From Lama glama (Eukaryota), in assembly GCA_028534125.1 (NCBI GenBank), contig CM052829.1, positions 4,588,001 through 4,652,000 of the forward strand: a stretch of 64,000 nt of DNA. The letters are read 5' to 3'. The notes beneath the pieces were generated by a model. It had not been told where the DNA came from. It saw nothing but the letters and a program-made list of their open reading frames with translations, and made no database searches. Of this stretch, positions 1 through 12,400 are shown piece by piece (positions within the stretch are counted from its first letter, which is position 1; every line of letters begins with the position of its first letter). Made by a program: the position numbers and the translations under genes.

Positions 1-483
1 GCTTTTGCTGCAGAGTATAGAATACAGCCCGGTCTGTGAGCTCTGTAACGCCATCAAAAAAAGCTCTCGTTTCCAGAGCTCACTTTGTGCTTGGAAAAAC
101 CAGCCCCCACCCCAAAAGCCTGCTCTGCTCAGATGTAAGCCTTAAAAAAAAAATTGTCACAGTATTTCCTTTTCTCTCTCGATGATCAGCCTGTCGCCAC
201 GTCCTCAAGCCCTACCCATCCTCAACACACGTCTGTCTCTCCGTAGTTTACTGGAGGACGGTCCTCGGAATCCAGCGCCTTTGGACTGTATGTCAGCATT
301 GTTGCTGCAGCGCCTCGCTAATGCCTTCTCTTTCTTTCTGAGTGTTTGGATGAAAAAGCAATGGTGTCTGTCAGTTTTCTGTGGTCTGAGCTGAGGGTGC
401 GGGTCTGGGTTGGGCGAGGGGAGAAGGGGTAAGGCATCTCCAGCCTTCACTGAGGCCGCCGAGGGGCCCTGGTGCCCTGGTTT

Positions 484-637
484 GTGTGAGAGTGTGCGTG
501 TGTGTACGGGGGGAGGTGGTATGTGTGTTAATGGTGTGTATGTGCTTGTGTGTCCACAATTTTGAGTGTGTGAGTATGTGAGTGAGACAGTGTGAATGTT
601 TATGTGTCTGTCCGTGTGTGTGTGTGTGTGTGTGTGT
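484..637. repeat. Degenerate GT-rich tract ending in a perfect (GT)12 microsatellite at 614-637
   Basis: Read directly from sequence. Confidence 0.9.
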
Positions 638-859
638 AGACAGTCAGCCACCAGCTTTGGGGAGGCCCTGCTCCCAGCCGGCTGGGACCGTGGAGGTGGG
701 CACTGAGGGGCTGAGGGAGGAGGGAGGCGGCTCTCGGTCCCAGACTTCCTCACAACACTGCCGGCCGCTGCCCCAGCCCGGGGCCTCCCAGCAGTTCGGA
801 GTCTGGGCTCCACGTCCCATTCTGAGCTCTGCCACCCTCCCTCCCAATTCTGCCAGGGC

Positions 860-1000
860 CTCCTCACCCCGCCAGGAACCCAGACTTTCTTATCTGTAAA
901 ATGGTGATGATGCCAACTGCAGAATGAGAACAAGTACGTGAGGCCGAGATGAGACAGAAGATGCGGGAAGGGGCTGTGCTGGTGCAAAGCACTTGAAGAT
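860..1000 (+). mobile_element. MIR SINE fragment
   Basis: MIR core-like TTTCTTATCTGTAAAATGGTGATGAT followed by ...AAAGCACTT. Confidence 0.5.
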
Positions 1001-4000
1001 TACGGAGTGTTTCCCTCTTCAGGGTCCTGTGGCGCCAGCACCTCTTTGCATCCGGCGTACAATGTATGTGACAGCAGAATGTGGCCTGTTTCTACTTTTC
1101 TCCGATGCTGAAGAAATGAGCAGAGAAAGGAAAAGTGTGTCGCTGTGAACTGTCCGCTGGCCCAGAGGCTGCCTGGTGTGTTGGAAATTCCCGTTTCAGG
1201 CCGAGCTGACCCCTGGGCTACCCGGGGTAGGACGTGCTTTGATCGACTTCTCGATGTCTTGAATTGATGGCTTTGAATTGATCTATTGATTTTTAAAAAG
1301 TCATTTATCACTGTCACTGGGTCAGGATAAAGCACTCCATTCACCTCCAGTTTGGCCAGCATCATCCGTAATAGATGTTCCGCTGATTCTTCCGGGTGAC
1401 TAATCTCATGGCGTAATCACAGGAGGGCTTCAGCACGGTCACAGCTCTGGTCCCTGCCCAGAACCAAGGCCCCGCCCCTCCGCTGGACCCGTCCACCTGG
1501 GCTCTTGGCTCTTTCTGCTTGGGAAGGGCCGGCACCTCAGTGCTGCCTCTGGGGCACGACCGCCAGCTGCCCTCACGGAGGGGAGGCCTGGGGCCGGGGG
1601 CGGCAGAGCCTGGGAAAGCACCGCCACCGTCCGTGCCCGCAGCTCCTAACAGTCCCCTGGCCGAGAGGCCGGCTGAGTCAGCATCCTCCTGATGCCCAGA
1701 GCCCCGTTGAGAAACAGGGGAAATGCGGTCATCGGCAGTGGAGATTCACTTCCTCTGCACGGCTGTAGCCAAGCAGGGAAAACCTGCACGTCGAGCCTCA
1801 GTGCCCCTGAGCGCCTTTGCGATTTTCATCCCCGCTAGCAGAGCCCCGGCCGCACACACCACGCACAGATGGAAGCCGGGGCAAAGCAGCACACGTGTGT
1901 GCACACACACACACCCGGGGACGCCTGTTCCCCCAAAGCCCTGCCCAGTGCGGGCTCCGCCGTCCGTCCACGTTTCTCCAGCTGGGCGTCGAGGTGGAAG
2001 GTCATCAGGTCTGCCGGGTTTGCAGTCTTCTGTGCTTCTGAATGCTTAGTCCCAGATCTCGGGGTTGTGTCCACAGCGCCTGGCAGGGGTGGCGGGCTGG
2101 GAGCTTCATGCCATGTAGGCATGTACTTTGGGGAAATGAAAGTTGGTCTCCAAGAATCAAAAAAGGAAATGAATCTAGCTGGCTGCGTGGCTTTCTTCAC
2201 CCCTTCATTCGCTGGGGTGCCACCCCCCGGGCACTGTCTCGAGTCTCGTGTGCGGCTGCGAGGCGAGTCTTGTGTCTGGGACGTGCTTTCTGCGAGGCAG
2301 ATCTGGGTCTCAGAACCACAGGGAGGAAACACACGAGCAAGTGTCTGATTTTCCTTCTTGTCCCCCCGCGTTGAACGGCTCCAGTTGAAAGAAAGAACAA
2401 CATATTCTTTCTCATGACTTTTTGAGGGCAAAAATATCTCCTGGGGACACTTCCTCACAAGTGCCATCTCAGTGCTGCAATGCTGACCGATGTGATTCCC
2501 GTTTAAAGCTCCTCTAAAAGACCGTGTTCCAACACCTCCTGTTTGCCCCTTTCTCCCAGTTTTCGTCTGCTACGTGTAAAAGAAGGCTACTTCTCTTAAT
2601 AATTAATTACGATAGCTATTTAAAGCATTTGTAGCTATCATCAGAAGCTTCAGCCTTATTTACCAAAGAGAGCTCCATTATTATAAATTTTGATTCCTAC
2701 TGGTCTGAAAGAAACTTAAAGAAAAACTAATGAAATGTTCTTCTCAACCTGTATTTAAGCTCCATAACAATTTTCCCCTCTGGAAAAAAAAAATCCCTTA
2801 ATAATTATAGAGAGTGGCTAATAGTTCACACCCTCAAATTCTCGAAATTCCTATGCAAATTACATAAAATGGGCCAGTGCACATTCTTGCAAACAGGCCT
2901 GGGCAGTTGCAGAATTGAATGTGCAGGTTTTACGATCAAGTTTTTTGCTGCTGGACTCAGTGAAGACTTTGGTTTACTCTTGTTTCAGATAGTCAAACTA
3001 TTACATTGTTTATAAACCCAGGATGGAGACACTTAGCTGTTTTCCGAGTCTCCCCCACCTCCTCCTCCCAAACCCTTGAGCGCTTCAGGAAGGAAAGTCC
3101 AGGCCAATATTCGTTGCTGAAGATGTTTGAAAAGAGTCAGGAATTCTGGTTTATCAGATGTTTCCTAGAGGTCTTACCTTTGTTTTGGCAACATTTTGGG
3201 GGATGTGATTTGCCTCATTTCCACTCAGAGGGTGTTACAGAAACGTAAAGCAAAGAGGTGACTTGAAATTTGTTTATTTTAATTAGAAAAAGATTCTCCA
3301 TTTTCCAAGGCTTTGCCACAGCAGCGAATTTAATAGTATATAATTAACTCTAATGCACTTATGATTTGACTTGTGAAAATCCTGTCAATGTAGATACTTC
3401 CGGGGAAAATGAAATGCGAGATTCCAGCCTGGTCATGGGTTTTGATTCTGATGGTCCCCCCTTAGGGGCAAACGCTGGAGGACGCCCTCTGTGGATTTTC
3501 TTAGGAGGGCTGCGCAGTGGGTACAGAGGAGGAGCCTGAAGGCACAGTGGCCCCCTAGCTCAGTGGAGCCTTTCTGGGCTGCAGAATCTGGACACATGAG
3601 CACAGAGACCTAGGAGAAGAGGCGTGGCAATGGTGAATCTGTTCCAGTGTCCCCGGGTCCTCTCTTCCCTGAACATCTTAGCAAGTCTTCATTTGGTAGA
3701 TGCATTGCTGGGATGGCATGGCAGAGGAGGTCCGGGCAGAGGGACACAAGCAGGGAGCAGCCACAGAAGGCTCACCAACTGACAAAATTCTCCTCTGCAA
3801 CTTGGACATAGATCTGTGACCACCTCCCGGGCTGGACAGCTGGATGGGGACATGTATGTTTATTTCTAAAGGAGCCACTGTAGAACTCAGCAAGATGCCA
3901 CCGGGACACAGGAAGGGTGGAGGGGTTGCATGGGGCAAAAGCCAGACCTGAGTTTATTGGGAAAGAAAATTGGTTATTTGCAAAATGCAGACACGAACGC

Positions 4001-5611
4001 CCTCTTTTTCTGATCTTGGTGAGGATGCGGTACTGCCCGGCTCTGACACTTCGAGGTGCTCAACACATGGGGGGCGGGGTGTCACTAAGGTTTGGTGGTC
4101 CTGGGACAGACCCTTCAATCAGAATTATCTTCCCCACTGACCTGTGTCAATGAGTGAAACTCCTGTTACCACTCGTCTGAGAGATTATGTCCTTTGAAGG
4201 CTCTTGTTTAAACACAAACCAAGCTCCAGGGGCTGGAGGGAGGGGACTGGGAAAGGAAGCCAGTCCCAGCTGGAAACACCTTTGCTTGAACTGCAACTAC
4301 CAGGTCAACCAGTCAGTTAATGAGCGGGACCCTGAAAACTAGACAAACTGCAGACCAGTTTGGAGGAATGGCACGAGAATGGCCTTAGGGAAAGAGACAG
4401 GAGAGTCCTGACTCCAAGGAGCTGATGGTTTAGGGCCGTGGGGGCGAAGAAGGGAGCTGGAGTTGGAATATGGCTGCTGGGGGAGGGCGGGGCCCAAAGA
4501 GCAAGTTACCAAGTGTCCAAAGGTTGTGAGGCTCAGGACACATGTACATTTGAACAGCAAATTAGCTGCTTTCAGATGATAAGCTCAGCCTATTGTTATT
4601 CAAACTCTGGTATTTCTCCAGGTAAAGAACGTCTACATTTAAAGCAACTGGTCCAAGTGTTAACCTGAAACAAAGGTCAAGATATATACTACAGGTATCA
4701 AGGAAGCCTGGAAACCAAAAAAGTAGTAGATGCACCTGCGGGAGTATCTCGGAGGGCACTCATTTCCATCTTTTGTGTATCAGTGGGAAAAGGTTCCTTC
4801 TTAACCAGCCTGCTGCGCCCTGAGCCTCCTAAATACACAGTCTAACGACACAGCCTCCGGCTGTTTGTGTCATGTAACCACCCCTCTCTGATCACTGAGC
4901 ACTTTCTGCGTGCGAGGAACTGCGCCGGGTGCTAGGAAAGGCACAAAGCTTGAAAATGTGCTCCTCCTCCAAGGGACACCCAAGGAGTCTTCCCAATCGG
5001 TGGCCCTATTTTTTTCAGGAAACATCTTCCAGTCTCACCTGCCACAGTCTTAATGAGACCTAACAAAAATCTGCCAGGTGACCTTAATCCTGTTGTCCCA
5101 GACCTGGTTCCTGTGACACTGGGGGCGGACAACACTCTGCTGGGGGGCGCGGGGGCGGGGCTGCTCTGAGCACTGCAGGCTGTTCCCCCCCCACGTCGTC
5201 AGATGCCTCCCCGGGACGGAGGGAAACTGCTGCTGGTTGAGAACCACTGACTTAAATAAGGAGAAGTTACTTTCTCACGTGACAAGGAGTCAGTCCAGAG
5301 ATGAGGCAGCGGCTCCGGGAGTCACCGCGGACCTTGGCTCCTGCTGAGCGTGCCCACGGCTTCCGCATGTGCTCTCACGCCGGCTGCGGTGGGACGGCTG
5401 TGTCACCTCGGTGCTCAGGGAGGAAGGAGGGGCAGGGGGAGGAACCACGCTGGTTTTTCCAAAAGCAACCCCCCCAAAAAAAGACTTGTATTTACACTTC
5501 ATTTGCTGGAGCCAGGTGTCGGGGCGCCTCCAGATAAAGGGGTTGTGGAGGCTCAGGTGTATTTAACTGGCCACATAGCTCCTTCAGTCAAAGTGAGGAC
5601 TCTGTCTCTGA

Positions 5612-6046
5612 GCGGTAGGGGCTGAGTTCTGTCCTCCCAGCCTCAGTTCCTATGTTAAGTCCTAACCCCTAGTATCTAGAATGTGACCCGATCTGGAAAT
5701 AGAGCCATCATTGCAGGTGTGCTCTGTCAAAAGGAGGTCATTGGGTGGGCCCTTAATCTGCTATAAAGGATCCGAAATGGGCATTTGGACACAGATGCGC
5801 TCGGGGAGAAGCCATGCAGATGGAGGCAGAGATCCTGGGATGGTGCTATGAGCCAAGGACACCAAGACGGCTGCCCAGCCGCCGGAGGCCTGGAGACGCC
5901 TGGAGCAGATTCTCCCTCATGTTCTTAGCAGGAACCAGCCCCACCCACACCGTGACCTCGGGCTCCGGCCTCCAGGGCTGAAGGCTTCTGCTGTCTGAGC
6001 CCCCGTCTGTGACACGTGGATACAGCAGCCCCAGGGCAGTAATACC
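5612..6046 (+). mobile_element. MLT1-family (MaLR) solo LTR
   Basis: Diagnostic segments GTCCTAACCCC..AGAATGTGACC..TGGAAATAG, GAGGTCAT..GGGTGGGCCCTTAATC, AGCCAAGGACACCAAG, GATTCTCCCTC..GGAACCAGCCC, end CAGCAGCCCCAGG..TAATAC. Confidence 0.85.
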
Positions 6047-7274
6047 AAAGGAAGACAAGGCTGGGGACACAAACAGGTGACCGGTAAAGTCGGCTCTAGG
6101 ATCTGTGAGATAAACCAGCATTCTCAGAACACATTTCCTTTTCTGATTCAGCTAGACAGGATGGGTTTTCTGGCATCTATGATGCAAAGCACCCTGATGA
6201 AGACAGACTCTCAGTGAACAGACAAGAGGCAGGCGGCTGTGATGTGCAACGTGTCAGGGCCGACAGGAAGGTGCGGGCGGGTGATAAGACGCCTCGTTCC
6301 AGGGACTGAAAGACTGTTTCTGGCTGGTGAGTCAAGGAAGGCCAAGTGGAGGGGCTGGGCCTGGAAGACACAGGACTTGGCCGCCCGGAGACGAGGGAGA
6401 GCATTCCAGAGGAAACAATGGTGCAAGGACTTGGAGGCAGGCACACAAAGGGCCTGTGTGAGGCCCAACTGCAGACTGTTTCACGCGGCCACCGGGTGGG
6501 AGGGACCCACGGAGAGCGAGCGGGACATTGTGACGGGCTTGGCGGCTGGTGAACCGTGGGCTTCAACCACACTCCTGAATTCCTGTGTGGAAGACCCCCA
6601 CGTGAAAAATAAAGAATGGGAGATATTCTTCTGTTTCAGTCATTTCATTTTCGATACAGGTCTTCTTTGCAAAACTTTCTGCAGGCTGGTTGCATGCTTT
6701 GTTTCTTTGTTTCCCTCCATCTGCTCTGTCTTTACACCCAAACATCCGTCTGGGCCGTGTTGAGAGTCCCTTGGATTCCTAAACGCTGACTTAGAACTGG
6801 TCTGGAATGAAACCTTGAAGGTTCCTTTGCCTGTCCTTTCCCACAATATTCATGGAAGAGCCTGAGAGGTTTAGTGGTGTCTCTTTAATTAGCTCTGCTG
6901 GAGGAACAGAATGAAGCACCAGACGTCAGTGTCCTCAACTGCTGAAGATTCACCACTCGTGCACGGAATGTGCGCTCACGGCTCTGTAAGGACCGGCCCC
7001 CCAAACAAGAGTCAGCTCCCTCATCCCTGGTCTACGGTCATAGCCTTCGAAGAAATGGACAGTCCCACATACTCGTTGACTAGAGGATGTGTTCTTTCAA
7101 CAGCCGTTGCCATTTCCACAAGATCAAGACTTAGGGGACTGGAAGCCGAGTGGCAGAGAGAGCAGTAGAGGGGGCGCCTGGGAGGCAGGTTGTGGGGGGT
7201 CCAGTGTGCCTGACGGTTAAGCTGATGTCCTCAGCTTCCCAAATTCTGAGTCCACCATGAGCTATTAATACTCT

Positions 7275-7725
7275 GTGTGTTAGTTTCCTATTGCTGCTGT
7301 GACAAGTTGCCACAAATCTAGTGACTCAACTCAAATGAGTTCTCTTCTAGTTCTGGAGGTCAGAGCTCTCAAGGGGTCCCCAAATCAAGGTGCAGGCAAG
7401 GCTGCATTCCTTCTGGAGGCTCCGGGGAGATTCAGCTCCTTGACTTTTCCAGCCCATGTGCCTTGACCAGTGGCCCTCCTTCCCCAAGGGCATCACTGCT
7501 CCCATGGTACCATCTCCTTTCATCTTTGACCTTCGTGCTTCTGTCTCAGGACCACTCTTGTGATTATATTAGGCCCACCAGGAGAATCCAGGAAAACCTT
7601 CCCATCTCAAGACCCTTGACTTGATCATACCAGCAACTCCTTTTTGCCACAGGAGGTCTCATTTCACAGGTTCTGGTAATTAGGATGCACGCAGCTTTGA
7701 GGGGGTGTGTTGGTCTGTCTACCAC
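7275..7725 (-). mobile_element. MLT1-family (MaLR) solo LTR, reverse orientation
   Basis: TGTGTTAGTTTCCTATTGCTGCTGTGACAAGTTGCCACAAA..GTTCTGGAGGTCAGA..ATCAAGGTG..TTCCTTCTGGAGGCTC..CCCATCTCAAGA..CACAGGTTCTGG..TTAGGATG. Confidence 0.85.
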
Positions 7726-7744
7726 ACCCTGAGGAAAATGTCTT

Positions 7745-7895
7745 TCTTAACAAATACATTTGGAAACATTGGGTTAAAAAAGTGAACCAGGTCTCTTTAT
7801 TGAAGAACTTTTTGGAGTTTTTAATGCGCTAGTGCACAGTGTAGAATCCGAGAGAGAAATGGAGTGGGCCGTGTTTCCCAGTCTGGTTTGACCAA
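7745..7895. mobile_element. hAT-Charlie-type DNA transposon relic (MER103-like)
   Basis: ATTTGGAAACATTGGGTTAAA..CAGGTCTCTTTATTG..TTTAATGCGCTAGTGCACAGTGT..GTGTTTCCCAG..TTTGACCA resembles the MER103 consensus as I recall it. Confidence 0.5.
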
Positions 7896-8705
7896 AGATT
7901 CTACCTGTCCCTGCCCACTTTTATCCAAGTAAAACCGATTCAGGAGAAAGTGGGAACAGTCTCAGGAAATATGCTGTAGAGGAAGAAGTTCCTGCAAGGG
8001 GAGGGTCACGTCTGACAAAGTTTGGGGTGTGGCTTCAGCAGGTGATAGCCAAGAACAGTGGCTCCTGCGTTTTTGTACACACTGCTGCAGGATTAACTGA
8101 GCACTGGGAAGAGGAATTCCTTGTTCAGGATCTGAAATTTCATCTTGGAAATATCCAGCTAGGATTCGCTTGACCTCAACTCCACCCTCCAAGGCTGCAG
8201 AGACTCAGTCCTTCCCTCCCTCGCCCACCCCTTCACTCAGTGGGGTCTGGGGCAGCTTCTGCAGGGACCCCCGTGGCCCCTCCCTGCCCACGTTCACCAG
8301 CTCTGTTCCGGCCCAGCCCTCTCTGCCAGTGCCACCCACCACTCTCGGCTAGAATCACAAACAGCTGTCTCCCCAGAATATCCCCAGCAGTCCCCCTCAG
8401 CTATGTATATTTCAGGAAGGTCGCCCAAGGCAGGGCTATAGGCCGGAGGGGTGGAGGCCAGCACGTTCACTGCGAGTCACCAGGCAGGTGTTGTCTGAGG
8501 GTCCCAGGCCTTGCGGTTGGGTGGCGGGCAGGGTGGGCAGCACTTCTCTTCATGGTTGGGTTAACTTACAGGACGGATGTAAGTTAATGGTGGCACTGGG
8601 AGGCCACTCCATGGCTCTGGTTAATTGACATGCACCTGGAACCACTCCATTGAGTTTCCCTGGATATGGTGACTTCCTTGCCCTCCACGATCTGGTTTTA
8701 ATGCC

Positions 8706-8783
8706 AACAAGGTCCCAATGTACAGCACAAGGAGATGTATTCAATATCTTGTAATAGCCTATAATGAAAAAGAATATGAAGGG

Positions 8784-8819
<36 letters not shown>

Positions 8820-8906
8820 ACCTGAATCACTAAGCTGTACACTAGAAATTAACACAACACTGTAAATTGATTATACTTCAATAAAATAAATAAATTAAAA
8901 AAAAGA
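8706..8906 (+). mobile_element. LINE-1 3' end with poly(A) tail, containing an (AT)15 microsatellite at 8786-8815
   Basis: AACAAGGTCC..TACAGCACA..TATTCAATATCTTGTAATAGCCTATAATG..CTGAATCACT..GCTGTACAC..AACACAACACTGTAAAT..ACTTCAATAAAA, typical of a cetartiodactyl L1 3' UTR. Confidence 0.9.
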
Positions 8907-9071
8907 NNNNNNNNNNNNNNNNNNNNNNNNNNNNNNNNNNNNNNNNNNNNNNNNNNNNNNNNNNNNNNNNNNNNNNNNNNNNNNNNNNNNNNNNNNNNNN
9001 NNNNNNNNNNNNNNNNNNNNNNNNNNNNNNNNNNNNNNNNNNNNNNNNNNNNNNNNNNNNNNNNNNNNNNN
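8907..9071. other. Assembly gap (165 N)
   Basis: Run of n characters. Confidence 1.
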
Positions 9072-9486
9072 ATGGGTGGGCCTGGAGATGGCGTCATTCT
9101 AAGTGAAGTAAGCCAGAAAGAGAAAGCAAAATGCCATATGATATTACTGACATGTAGAATCTAAAAAAAAAAGACACAAATGAACTTATTTACAAAACAG
9201 AAACAGACTCACAGACATAGAAAACAAACTTATGGTTGAGGGGTGGGGAAGAGGGTAGGGAAAGATAAATTGGCAGTTCGGGATTTGTAGATTCTAACTG
9301 CTGTCTATAAAATAGGTAAACAACAAGGTCCTCCTGTAGAGCACAGGAGCTGTACTCAATACGTTGTAATGGCCTATAACGGAAAAGAATAAGAAAAGGG
9401 ATATATACACATGTATCACTGAATCACTGTGCTGTACACCAGAAACTAACACAACACTGTAAGCTGACTATACTCAATAAAAAAAA
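9072..9486 (+). mobile_element. LINE-1 3' UTR with poly(A) tail
   Basis: CTAAGTGAAGTAAGCCAGAAAGAGAAAG..ACAAATGAACTTATTTACAAAACAGAAACAGACTCACAGACATAGAAAACAAACTTATGGTT..CAATAAAAAAAA. Confidence 0.92.
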
Positions 9487-12400
9487 TGTCAGTCTGGAGG
9501 GAATATGTAGAAAAAAAAAAGAAAGAGAAAGAAAGAAATGCATTTCCCGAAACTGTCCCATTATCACCCCCTCCCCTTCCCGTCCCTTCCCGTGGGCTTT
9601 GCAAACGGGGCCCCTGGACGAGGAGGGCACTTGGGCAGAACCACTTCACTGTCAAGTACCTGTTGGGCCTATTTATAGCCCCAGTTAGGGATTCAGATTC
9701 GGGGGGATTCCGGTAGAAGACCACGAGCACGAGTCCTCAGGGAAAAGCTCTCACAAAGCTCTTGAGCTCATAGCTGACTACTTGGCCCTGGTACAAGCTG
9801 CCAGCGCTGACATTCGGAAAATAAAAGTATTCCGGGTGCCGGCTCGCGGGCGTTCCAGGCCTCGCCCACGAGAAGCTGCTCCCTTGGTGCTGACCCCCCG
9901 CCCGCCCCAGGCACAGGCCTCTGTCACTGTCACCTTTCCCCTTTCCCCTTTGTGCTCACTGGGCCGCATCTTTGAGAACCGTTTGGAAGATAATGATCCA
10001 GTCAGCTCGCCTGGGGGATCAGAGCAGCTCTGGTTACCATCCAAGGCCACAGGGAGGTTCTGGAAGGGCCTGGCGGCTGGCGGGAGAAGGAGCCCGGCAG
10101 GAGGAGGGAAGGTGTGCGTCCAGGGAAGGGACACGTTTGTGCTGGACTTCAAATCGGAAGAAACAAATTTTGATCAAGTTTCCTGCTGCGTAATCTTAAC
10201 TGGAATTAAGTTCACTTAACGCAGAGGAGTTGCAGGTGTCGTTTATGTGTATGTGGTGTCCCAGGGTCCCAGGGTCCCAGGGAAAGGAACCCACGAGGGA
10301 AAACCACTCCCGGGGCTTTGCTCTTTCTTTCTGCCCCTTCCACCTTGAGCTCCCAACCCTCCAGCTTCATGACATCAGCTCTTATTTTTAGGGATGTTTT
10401 GATGTGATATGTTTAACACGCTGCCGAGACCCAGGCATTCAGACCGTGTGGCCAAGGGGCCCTGGAGCTGATTCACAGTCGGCGTCTCTCCCTCTCCGTG
10501 GGGCGGGGACAGTGGGAGACGGGGCTGGAGCGGCAGGACTCCCGGAGGATGGGGTGGGGGGAGGTGTAGGGGGTTAGGGCTGAGGCCGACTCAGCGACTC
10601 CCCCTGCGGAGGCCAGCCCTCTCTGGCCCTCCGGGCAGCCCGATTTCCCTGTCTGCCCAGGCCCCTGCGCACCCGCGTTACCTTGGGAGGCCAGGATGTT
10701 GTTCAACACTTTTGCACTTTAAGAAAAGTTCCAGAAAAGATACATAGCTTCCTTCAAGATGCACTGAGATAATACTCAAGGTGATTTGAGTGTCTCTGTC
10801 CTCCGAGGCAGACATGGCCCTGGCCGGACGCTGACTGCAGCGATGCCACACTGTGGTCTGCGCGCAGGCGCCAAGGAGCGGAGGGACCCTGGCCGCAGGT
10901 GGCCCCCATTAATGGTCAAGGTAGGGGAGGGAGGAGATTCCTTTCTAGAAAGAACCTCAGCAAAGCAGCAAAACAACACACAAACACACCTTGTCTGTGG
11001 GAACCAGGGAGAGGTGTGCCACTAGGGTCACCCAGTTTTCCTTCAGGGAACTCCCCCTGCTACTCCATGACTGGACGCAGCCTTCCTGAGCTGCCACCGT
11101 CGGTGACCGACTCCGTGGGGGGAAGAGGGCCTGGGCCTTTCAAATCATTACCTCTAAGGAGTAATCGTCACTCTGGAGCTAGCCGAGACTTTGCCAGGTC
11201 CAAGGTCTCCTCACCCCAGCCTGCTTCCTTCCCTTTTATCTTTGACAAGCCATGACCCCCAGGAAATCTCTGGGAAGCGGAGGACCCCCCGGCACGGGAG
11301 CACAGACAGGAATGGATTTGGAAGTTAACCGAAGTTCTTTCCCAGCCCCAAATGTACTGGAGATTGATCAGGTTTCTGACTTCTTTATGGGGCCCCAGGC
11401 CTCGCCTTGGGGTGGGAGGTGGGCTGTGAAGACTAAAAGGAAGGGGGAGGCAGAAAAGAAAGGCCTCGGAGGTGCATCTGACGTCACTGAGGGGGCCACC
11501 CAGAAAGGAAGGATGCGTCACCCCAGAAGGAACCGCTGAATGTGAGTAGTGGCCCCGTGGGGGACACTCTCCCTCCCGTTCCCACCAGTGGCGCCAGGTC
11601 GGGGGTCTGAACCCGCAGGGCATCTCTGATCCAGCTTTGTCGGGTGGGGGTGTGGTTAGTGAGCATCAGTAGTCTCTGAGTTTGCCGGGAGCGCTGCCCC
11701 AGAGGAGGGGCCCCAGGGAGGGGGGGAGTGTGGCCCCCTAGGTGGCAGAGGGGCTGGGACCAGGAGGCTGTACAGAGAGTTAATGACAGGGGACAGATTT
11801 GTTTTTAGGAATCTGATGTTTCTATGTCTGATAAACGGTGGGTGGTTAATAAAGTGAAGAATTTCTTCCAGACAGTGAGCCAGTGCACCTCAGTCTGTCC
11901 TCCGCCGCCTCACATGCAGCGCCACTCGCCGCTGTCTGCAGAGCTTTGTGTCGCGACAAGTCGTTACGGATAAAACAGCTTAAAGACGTGCAGGGAGAGT
12001 CGGAACCTGCAGACGGATGAAGGGTCTTCTTAGAAAGGCAGCTTCTGAGGGAGGCACCGGAACCTATCTGTTAAATGAATAGCTGCTTTATTGATTGTTT
12101 GAATTTAAATTTTGATGCAGTATATTCCTAAACATAGGTCATACGTGTAATTTTAGAAGAGACGGCCAAGTCTAAAATTTCCCAGATACTACATCCTCCA
12201 ACTATAAATGCTTTCCACGGACAGTGTGTGTGAGCGATCTCAACTCCCCTCCAACCACCAGCCTTTCAGGCCAAGAGCCGGAACGAGCAGGCTTTGCCTG
12301 TCACCCCGAGCAGGCTGGCCTGGCCTGGCCTTGCCTTCGGAGTCCCTGTCCTCAGGTCGGCACAGGACAGTGGTCTCTACTCCCTTAAGCAGTGGGAGCT

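Noticed and set aside
205-987. Longest ORF in the track (260 aa, minus strand)
   Set aside because: Runs through a (GT)n microsatellite (HTHTHT) and a MIR fragment; low complexity, with no recognisable domain or splice structure.
1835-2467. Overlapping 100-210 aa ORFs here and in other GC-rich segments (e.g. 13.6-14.5 kb, 17.7-19.2 kb, 22.7-23.5 kb)
   Set aside because: Expected by chance in GC-rich DNA with few stop codons; Pro/Gly/Arg/Ala-rich, overlapping on both strands, and no known protein similarity recognisable.
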